Assembly (NCBI GenBank): GCA_963693365.1
Contig: CAVNZM010000017.1
Coordinates: 4,135,375-4,199,374, forward strand
Origin: Amoebidium appalachense
Taxonomy: Eukaryota > Protista > Ichthyosporea
Reading direction: 5' to 3'
DNA length: 64,000 bases
This document shows positions 43,807 to 64,000 of the stretch, one piece after another; position 1 is the stretch's first letter, and every line of letters starts with the position of its first letter. A program made the translations under genes and the position numbers. Under the pieces are notes generated by a model. That model made no database searches. It was given only the letters and a program-made list of their open reading frames with translations, and was not told where the DNA came from.

Positions 43807-44223
43807 ATTCTGGTTAGACGTTAGCATGTAGACATACATGCATGAACTTTTTTTATTAAAAAAGAAAAATTTGTTTTTTTAACGATTACAAATGATGCGT
43901 ACATCTCATGGTATATAGGTATACACACGTTTGTGTGTTTATAGGTAAATGTTAGTGTATATATGTATGGGAGAATTTCAAACCGGATTGCAGGTACTGG
44001 ATTCGGAAGGCCTGTTGAAGGATTTTTTTTGTGTGCGCGCGGTGTGTGTGTGTGTATGCGCGCCCGCACGTGCGTGTGCGTGTGTGTGGGCGTCCGGGCC
44101 CTCTCGATCACTCACTCTCTCCCTCCCTCCCTTTCTCTTGCTTCCTCACCCCTCCCCAGTGCACAGTGTGTGGTGTCCCGCGTCATGTACATTATATATC
44201 GCTGAGGGGACAAGTTTATCGAG

Positions 44224-44264
<41 letters not shown>

Positions 44265-44373
44265 CCCACAAACAAAAAAAAAAAAAAAAAAGCCCGAGAC
44301 TGGTCTCTGTGCCTCTTGTATTCAATTCAGTGTAAACCCCTGTGTTACGCCGGTCGTTGGAGAGAGAGAGAGA

Positions 44374-44407
<34 letters not shown>

Positions 44408-44838
44408 CAGTGCCTTTTTGTTTTAATACCTTTCTTAGGTTCTCGGAAATGGGTGTCAGTGGGGTGGTGTTTGTATTTGTGTGGGGGTGCACAACACGGT
44501 GTTGTCGTTTTGGCTTTTGTTTAGCACGGGTCTGGGCCTTGCATACTCGACAACAAGATTTATTACACATGTCGTTTAGAACCATCCGATGGTGTGTTAG
44601 CCTAACACGAGAATCCGTAGATAAATAATTTCGCGTTATAACATAGCAGTTACAAGCTACATAAATACAATAACCACCAGTTATAAAGGGTGAACTTATA
44701 CTGGCAGGTTAGAAGGGAGAGAGTCGTTATGCCACTTACCACTATGTATGGACTTACCACTGTGAACAATCGGACCCGTCTACTTGTGCATTTATGTGTA
44801 CCTGTGCCTGTGTGCGTGTGCGTGTGCGTGTGCGTGTG

Positions 44839-44903
<65 letters not shown>

Positions 44904-45001
44904 TGTGTATGTGTGTGTGTGTGTGCAAGTGTGCTTAGGTACTCAGTTTTTAGGTTCGAATGGGAGAACCCTCGTCTCTCTCTCTCAGCTCTCTCTCCCT
45001 C

Positions 45002-45038
<37 letters not shown>

Positions 45039-46263
45039 GCTCTCTCTCTCTCTCCCCCCCCCCCCTCCCTTCTCTCACACACCCCCCCCCCCCTCTCTCC
45101 CTTCTCTCTCTCTCTTCTCTCCCTCCCTCTCGCTCGCTCTCCCTCCCTCCCTCCATTCCCCCTCCTCTCCCTCTCCCTCCCTCTCCCTCTCGCTCCCCCC
45201 CCCCCCCCCGGCCTCTCCCCCTCCCCCCCCCCCCCCCCCTCTCTCCCTCTCTATTCCCCCCCACACACACACAAACACACACAGACACATATTCCCCCCC
45301 TTTCGCAGCTACCTCTTCCCCCTCCCCCTCCCTCCCTTCAGCCGCTTCCAACCACCGGTAGCAGATGCACGCCACTCTTCCGGCACCTTAAATTTATTAC
45401 CCAACCACCTCTATGTCCAAATTTCCCTCCTTCTCCTTACGATAGTCACCGCCATTAGTGCTGTGAATATTCAGGTACATAAATTGCTGCCTCTTCCCTG
45501 GGTTTTGCAGCAAGCGCATCATAAATAACCGTTCACAAACTAGAGTCTTTGGGCGATGACGCCATTTAATCTTATGCTGGTGCTGTTCAGCCACCCAGTA
45601 GTCCAAAATCCTGAATATAGTAGAGTAGAGTAGTCGCTTTAGACTAAAGTCAGCCCCAAGCATAGATGATAGTGTCATCCAATCGGATCGGAATCGGATC
45701 GATCTCTGATCAATCGAGCAGATCGCTAGGCGAATCGGATCCTCGTTCTCCGCTAATCAGCAGATCCCGTGGCTTGGAATCGGATCGGGCCTTGCGATCA
45801 GATTTTTTCAACCTATATTTAGAATCATTTTTCCTAAACATATAATCCCATTGTTACTTATTTTAGATGTCCGCTTGGCCCACTGTAGATCGCAACAGAC
45901 AGGTCATTTGTTCTTGTCGGTTGCAAATCGGCCAAAAGTTTACGTTTGCGTTTGACACATAGCGCGCGACCGTCCTTCTTGTTCTTTTGGGCTGTTTGTT
46001 TGGGTATGGTGGGTTCTACTGGGTTGGTTTTGTGTTAATTCCACGTCTCTCTTGTTTTCTAAAGCTCCCTTTATTGTCCCAGTTTTTTTTTCATGTAGTC
46101 CGAGTATATAACCTTCTGGTGTGGGCAGAAAACCAAGCTTATTCCTTTTTCGTTTCTTGAAGCTCGAACAAGAGCGTGTAAGAGGGGAACGTGTCCTCTT
46201 TGATCAATCTCCTTTCATTTTCGTTCACCTTACTTTGGTGTAAAGGGTTTGCTGGCGGGCACC

Positions 46264-46721
46264 ATGGACAGTTCCGAAGAGAGAACGGAGGAGGGCCATT
46301 ATGTGTCAGAGGAACAGGTGAGCTTGCAACTGTCATGTTGTCTTTAGAAGAAGGTTCAATTTTTCCGTTGTTCTGCTTGGGTGGAGCCATAGCTCGACTA
46401 GATCTTGGCTTCACTTAATATTGTTGTTGAATTCACACGCACTTTGCTTGTTGTTCTGAAACAGGCGGCTGTTTGATTGCTTCGGGTGCAACGAGGAAAC
46501 GAGGGAGGGGGAGGGAGTGGGGAAGTAGGAAATGGAAGAGGCTTTGATGAAAATGACAAAGGAGTATGGATGTCTTGAGGACGGAACGAGGTTTGAGTTG
46601 GTGTGTGGTTTGTCCCATTATGTTGTTGGTATTTTCTTGTTCTTTCTTTTGAATGTGTTCTCTGAGTATTTATGACACCTAGCGACTAATGCCCATCCTC
46701 CCACCGCGTTCCCCCGTTTCC

Positions 46722-46768
<47 letters not shown>

Positions 46769-48159
46769 ACGCACATCTGGCCTGTCATACTCTTCTACCT
46801 AATCGTGCAAATAGTCTTTCCCATTCTCTCTTGAGCTTGAATGAATGTTTGACTAAACTTCACTTTGTTCTCAATTTTCGTTTTGCTTTTGCCACTCTGC
46901 AGGGTGGTGAACATGACCACGATCACGGCCACTACTCCGAACAGCATCACGATTCAGAATCCGGTTTCGGCGGTGTGCAGGCAAGCAGCGGAATCAAGCG
47001 CATACGAAACAAGAAGGGAAAGCGCTGCGCAAACTGCGGCACGGACAACACCCCATTCTTCCGAAACATCAAATCGGAGAGGCCCGATGGCACCACCGTC
47101 GATCGGCTCCTGTGCAATTCATGTGGCCTTTACTACCGCCGCCATCACAAGGATCGGCCCGTGGACCTTTACAAGGATTATGTCCCCACGCCGAGAACTT
47201 TCCGGAAGAAGGAGACCACCCAGTTTGAGTCGGATTTGAAGGCGCTTCGCGCGCTTAAGAACCAATGGCCGGCTTTCCCTACGCCCGTGTTTGGGGAAAA
47301 CAATGTCATGCAGGGGGGGATGTACGGGAGACCGCCCCCGAAAAAGGCAAGGAGTGACGATGAGGATGACGACTCTTCGAGTGATGACCCCGCCATGGCG
47401 CCCATGGTCGCGATATCGGAGAGCGATGACAGTGACGGGGAAGGGGAGGGGGCTGGGGAGGGAGGGGAGAGGAAGAAGAAGAGGAAGAAAGGGTTCAAGT
47501 CGGGCAGCGATGATGAGAGCGGGGAGGGAGGGGAGGGGGGGCCGGACTATGGACAGTGGCCCTACCCGGCCCACCCGGGAGCATACGGGTACAACTACAC
47601 GTACGTGTACCTCCCCATGTCCGCCGCGCCATTCGTGGAAAAACTTGTGCCGTGGGATCCGAGCAAATCGGTGGCGGCGGGAGGTGGATCCGATGGGGAA
47701 TCGTGGAAAAACACGCCGGCGGCGGCTTTGGATAGCAACTATGTGAGCACTGGGTCCAAGCCGAGGAACTACCGTGCGGCGGCAAAGGCGGCGGGGGGGC
47801 TTTTGCCGGCGGACGATGGGCGAAACCGGCAATGTCAGAATTGCGGGGTTCGTGCGACGCACATGTGGCGAAAGAGCAAGTACCTACAGGCCCCAGGGGT
47901 GGAGGAAGGAGGGAAAGGGCCGGAGGTTTGGCTTTGCAACGCGTGCGGAATATACGAGACTAAGTCTATGGGCCAACAGAGACCGCTGGCGATGATAAAG
48001 AAGGACAACGAGAGGAAGGAGAAACTGAGGGCGAGGGTTTTGGCGGAGAGACAGGTGGCGGGAGAGGACGTGGGGAGCGGGAACGAGGGGAGGGGGTCGG
48101 AGTCGGAGGAGCCGACGCTTCCTGCGATTAAGAATATACAGGATCCTGGCGTGAGTTAG
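46264..48159 (+). CDS. GATA-type zinc-finger transcription factor with two fingers
   Basis: Exon 46264-46317 (CACCATGG; MDSSEERTEEGHYVSEEQ|GTGAG) splices in phase 0 to 46903-48159. Fingers CANC..TPFFR..LCNSCGLYY and CQNC..THMWR..LCNACGIY. Basic NLS-like RKKKRKK. Confidence 0.88.
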
Positions 48160-48490
48160 AGGTGGAAAGGGGGGGGGGGGGGGGGGAGGGGAGTTTGGGA
48201 TGGGAGAGGGGGAGGTGAGTGTTGTGAGGGTGATGGTATTACCGCTCACGGATGAAGGGTGTGTTTGGGGGGGGGGGGGGGGGGGGGGGTTTGCTTGTGC
48301 GTGTGCTGACAGGCCAGCTTTTTGTTGGACTGCGGTGAAATGTAGTTCTTCATTTTGTCAATGACCCGTTGGACCAATTTTCTTGGACTTGCCTGTTTTT
48401 CGTTCGTTGTTTTCTATATTTCATAGAGATCTTGTGATGCCTTGAGCCGGGATGGTGGTTTTTTGTTAACATTGTTTTTATTTCTTATGA

Positions 48491-48537
<47 letters not shown>

Positions 48538-49621
48538 TGTGTGTGTGTGTTTCTTTGGGGGGGGGGGGGAGGGGGGGGGGGGGGCAGTTGTAGTGCTATC
48601 CCCTGCCTTGTGCGAGTATCCCATGAAGTGTCTGATGTGATTGTATTCAGAGGTACGCTATGGCGCGAAATCTAGACTGGTATACGACGTAGGTGGGATA
48701 TTCTACACAGGTATTATGTGTCCTTCCCCGGTAATTTGGATATCTGATTTTTGAATTTTGGTTTCCTTTTTCTTAGTCTTGATAGGAGCATGTTTTTTGT
48801 TCTTTTTTTGTTTTGTTTTTGTTTGTTTGTTTGTTTGTTTTTCGGAGAGGGGGGGGGGGGGTCAAAGATAGAAAACAAGTTACACACTGGATGTATGCAT
48901 GTACATTTCATGTAGCAGAAATATCGCTCCTTTTCACGTTTACGAAAGTCTCAACTGTGTGTGTGTGCGTGTGTGTGTATGTGTGTGTGTGGGGGGGGGG
49001 GGGGGGGGGGTTAGAAATCAGATGGAGTATATTGCATACGTATCGTACAATGAGAGAGATGATGGTGAAGGTATCATACCAGACTGCAACATGTTGCAAG
49101 GGAACGGACCAGTCTGAGGTGCTTTTAATTTATGAATATAACTTACATTTCTTATTGACCATCATTATGATCTTTTATATTTTTAAACGGCCACAGTGAT
49201 TGGCAGGCGCTTAGCAATACCCCGGGCCATCTCACTGAAGCGCAATACGTCTTGCACGTTGTGATGTATATGTGATGTGTTTTGCAAATGAATTTCACTT
49301 CCTGTTGTGAGCCTGCCATAAATTGTTTTGTGTTCGTGAGGCCGCGGGTGGTGAATTCTTGAGTAGGGCAGGGCGACCCAGCAAATGGCCGTCAGCATGT
49401 GGCAACGGGCCCGTGATGTATGTGTATTCGTGCGTACATGCATATGTGTGTTTACGCCGTGTGTGTGTGTGTGTGTGTGGGCCGTGTGCATGTGCGTGTA
49501 TGTGTGTTTGTGTACATGTGGGTGTGCGTGTGCGTGTGTATGTGTGTTTGTTTGGGTGTGCGTGTGCGTGTGCGTGTGTATGTGTGTGGGTGTGTGTGTA
49601 TGTGCCTGTGTATCTGCCGGG

Positions 49622-49660
<39 letters not shown>

Positions 49661-50374
49661 GGTGAAAAATCCCAAGCGAGGGAGGATTATTGCGACTGGG
49701 GGGAGAGGGCTGGATCGCGCCTGGGATGGGGGAATCAGATCATTTTTATTGATTAGAACGAATTTAGCTGCAGCCTGTAGTAGTAGCTTTAGTAGTTGGG
49801 TATATATCCCCAGATGTTGTTCTTGAAGCACCCATCAAGCCAGTGGTGTGAGCTCGAGAAGCATGCATATGTATTAGCGCTTACAAAGAGAATTTAGAAA
49901 TCCATAAAAGAATACACAGTATCTTGAACTTTCTCATAATGCTTTACAAATAGAGAACTAATAGTATGAATTACTTTGTTCGAAATTTCAGAATAAAATA
50001 CACAAGCATATGCAAGGCATGCCAATTACTATTAGAGCTGTGCTGCCCGTTTGCATTCCATTCGCAAGAAAAAGAAAGAAAAAGCCTCAGAAAATTTTAA
50101 CCACTGTACCTAAACAGCATCATTACGAGCAGAAAAACAATATTCATACGAAAATCTTGACAGAGCTTATGAATAGGAAAACCCCATTTTCAGATACCCC
50201 TAAATAAACTTGATTTGGTTTCGGCCGAACCCAAATATACTACTGTCTGCCCAAGCTCAGAGGCGGCTCATTGACCATTCATTCCAGAAAAGAAATAAAT
50301 GAGATTACAGTAAGATGGAAACTAAAAAATTATTAAACTATTGCATGATCATAACATTGTGTGTGTGGTTGTGT

Positions 50375-50426
<52 letters not shown>

Positions 50427-50512
50427 CCGAGCGCGAGCGCGAGCGTGTGTGTGTGTGTGTGTGCGTGTGCGTGCGTGTGCGTGTGCGTGTGTGTGTCTGC
50501 GTGCGTGGTTGC

Positions 50513-50601
<89 letters not shown>

Positions 50602-50710
50602 TGTGTGTGTGTCTGTGTGTGTCTGTGTGTGTGTGTTTGTCTTTGTGTGTGGTGCGTGTGCGCGCGCCTAGAGGTGTACGTATTTTTTTTGTATGTGTAT
50701 GTACTTGTGT

Positions 50711-50769
<59 letters not shown>

Positions 50770-50806
50770 GGCGCGTGTTTTTGTGTCTGTGCCCACGTGC
50801 ACGCAC

Positions 50807-61546
<10,740 letters not shown>

Positions 61547-62037
61547 TTTCGGGTGAAGTTCTAATAAGTTTCTATTCAGGTATTCGAACCTACTTCCCTG
61601 AAAATGGAAGAAAAAAGTAGGGAAAAACCAGAAGCTTTTTCCAGTTTTCGTAGTTGGGACTCCTCGTTTGCCCGATGCAAGTTGCCAGCACCCCAAAAGA
61701 AAAATCTAAGCTGGACCAAAAAAGCAGATCTGCCCTGGCGGTGTCTGAGTTATTGCAGACCTGCAGATGTTAGGGGGTTTACGCTGTTTACTCGAGACAA
61801 AGAGAAACCAGTCTCAGGTATGGGGGGGTTTTTGCTCGGAATATCCCCTCAGCGGTATATCATGATCACGTACATAGATGTCGGGTGATGACTATATATC
61901 AGGGTTTACTTCTCTACGAGACAACATAAAGACTACAAAGAGAAATCAATTAGTTTTTGTAGTTGGGGTTCCCCGTTTTTTTTTTGTTTCTTTTTGTTTT
62001 TTTTAGGGGCTCCCCTGGGACACTCGGTATCAGCTGG

Positions 62038-62091
<54 letters not shown>

Positions 62092-62167
62092 GTGTGTGTG
62101 CACGTGTGGGTGGGTGTGTGTGTGTGCGCGCGTGCGCTAGAATTTTGTAGTGATGTGTTTCTCAAGC

Positions 62168-62205
62168 CAATCAATCAAGGCCTCCTAAATAGCACACCAA
62201 TCAAT
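62168..62205 (+). mobile_element. Probable P-element excision footprint (TIR remnant between 8-bp duplications)
   Basis: CAATCAAT + CAAGGCCTCCTAAATAGCACAC (first 22 nt of the 29870 TIR) + CAATCAAT. Confidence 0.85.
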
Positions 62206-62522
62206 ACATCTAATAAACAGGTCGTAGTTACGCGTGTTTATTAAAAATCAAGGATGTTGTAATTTACAGGTAGGCTATCTTTCTGGGTGTCTGTTGTGAA
62301 TGTGACGTGTGTGTGTTGCGGTATTATGTGGTCTATCAAACTACATTTGGCGATACATGACCGTTTAAACTGGTGGACCCCTGAAAAATGTGGAGGCCAG
62401 AGTCAGACGCTTTACAGCTAATCCAACCTCCAACAACAGGATATACGTTTAGAGTTTCAGGTACTCTGGTTTGCACCAGGTACCGGGGTGAGGGTTTACC
62501 CATATTTCAGGGCAAGAATTGG

Positions 62523-62689
62523 TAATGATCCATCCGCAGGTTCACCTACGGCAACCTTGTTACGACTTTTACTTCCTCTAAATGATCAAGTTTGTTCAAC
62601 TTTCCGACACAGTATGTGTTGCCACACGCTGCGCCAGTCCGAAGACCTCACTAAACCATTCAATCGGTAGTAGCGACGGGCGGTGTGTA
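62523..62689 (-). pseudogene. Isolated 3'-terminal fragment of 18S rRNA, probably followed by ITS1-like sequence toward lower coordinates
   Basis: The reverse complement reads TACACACCGCCCGTCGCTACTACCGATTGAATGG..AAGTCGTAACAAGG..GTAGGTGAACCTGCGGATGGATCATTA. The rest of 18S is absent and no 5.8S start was seen. Confidence 0.9.
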
Positions 62690-62934
62690 GGCATACCGCA
62701 CCACCGACTCAGGATATGAGGCTATGCAAGCAATTGCTGGAAGAGGGCAAGGGTACTGAGTAAATGAATGGAACGCTTTCCACAGACAAAATCTCAGTAG
62801 GCTAGAAAGAACACAAAAACATGCTGTTCGTTTGTGTGACCAAACGGCGATGCATTGCGGTCCGCGGTTGGGCCGCATTGCGGTCCGCGGTTGGGCTAAC
62901 GGCGGCACAATAAGCCTGCCGATGACTGCATTAC

Positions 62935-63469
62935 TATATGAGCGTAATCAGCGGCATAGTATAGGGGGAGCCATGAGGCTCGGGCAGGGTCTCGGCGGAT
63001 CTGGTCTCTGCCTATGACTCCAAGTACAAATTCATATGCGTGTGATTGTGGGACAATCTCACTCATACATCTCGGCGGCGGGAGTGAGCTCGCCCCGAGC
63101 TCATAGCAGTGCGCAGTGGAAAGCGGCTAGGCCATCAGAGGGCGGTCGGGCTGTCTCTGCTACCATATATGAGCGTAATCAGCGGCATAGTATAGGGGGA
63201 GCCATGAGGCTCGGGCAGGGACAATCTCACTCATACATCTCGGCGGCGGGAGTGAGCTCGCCCCGAGCTCATAGCAGTGCGCAGTGGAAAGCGGCTAGGC
63301 CATCAGAGGGCGGTCGGGCTGTCTCTGCTACCATATATGAGCGTAATCAGCGGCATAGTATAGGGGGAGCCATGAGGCTCGGGCAGGGTCTCGGCGGATC
63401 TGGTCTCTGCCTATGACTCCAAGTACAAATTCATATGCGTGTGATTGTGGGACAATCTCACTCATACAT
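62935..63469. repeat. Complex tandem repeat, 231-bp unit (X-Y-Z, X-Z, X-Y-partial Z)
   Basis: X at 62935/63166/63334, Y at 62990/63389, Z at 63053/63221/63452. Copies are identical by eye. Confidence 0.88.
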
Positions 63470-64000
63470 TACGTGACTTTGGAAACGTGTAATTGGTTAT
63501 TATTAGCCAATCATTGATTTGTGCACCGTTTTGATTGGTGAAACAACAACATATCAATATTATTGGCTATAGGTCATCACAGTTTTAATACGGTCTGGTT
63601 TGGTATGATTCTTATTTGGTTCGGTTCGTTCGTGTGAGATTTCGTGCCAAGTTGGTTTGCAAAACCACGTGCACGTGCACTGGCGCCTGCACGATAACAT
63701 GCGCATGGTGCCGTGACCTCCAGAGAAGAATAATTTTGTAGCACTCAGCATAAGCACTGCAAGCTACTGATGAATACTACATAATACAAGGTAAAGCGCT
63801 TGCAATTTTGTTTACAAACAACGACAACACCACCAACAACCAAAAAAAAAAAAAAAAAAAAAAAAAAATTCTCCAGTGTTGATCATGAGTTTGGATTTCT
63901 GTTGAATTTGCCTGCTGGTTCTTAGTCGTGTGAAGAACCAGTACCGTGAGTGAGCACCTCAGACGACGGCGAGTGTGTTTGTTTGACCGTATGCCATGTG

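Noticed and set aside
62523-62689. Functional rRNA gene
   Set aside because: Only about 170 nt of 18S is present and no rDNA unit surrounds it.

Overview
Eukaryotic, intron-rich genomic DNA whose introns are packed with poly(C)/poly(G), (CA)n and (CT)n tracts. The animal-like gene families and intron positions suggest a unicellular holozoan; this is inference, not a taxonomic assignment. Most ORFs in the supplied track are microsatellite noise. Host genes reconstructed exon by exon: a type I PIP5K (-, runs off the left edge), USE1 (+), a single-exon 429-aa low-complexity protein (+), a 7-exon unknown protein with a mitochondrial-presequence-like N-terminus (+), a two-finger GATA factor with unusually long loops (+), and a PITPNC1/RdgB-beta-type PI transfer protein (-) that needs an 8-nt microexon. 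Mobile DNA: a full-length Ngaro/DIRS-type tyrosine-recombinase retrotransposon with split direct repeats (24275-33318). Its last repeat is interrupted by an internally deleted P-element/THAP transposon (36-bp TIRs, 8-bp TSD), and a probable excision footprint of that P family lies at 62168-62205. An isolated 18S rRNA 3' fragment lies at 62523-62689. The most novel-looking signal is a dispersed family of about 19 short, 5'-truncated, retroposon-like repeats in several subfamilies. Their 3' ends abut poly(C), and they share a covarying pseudoknotted RNA structure.
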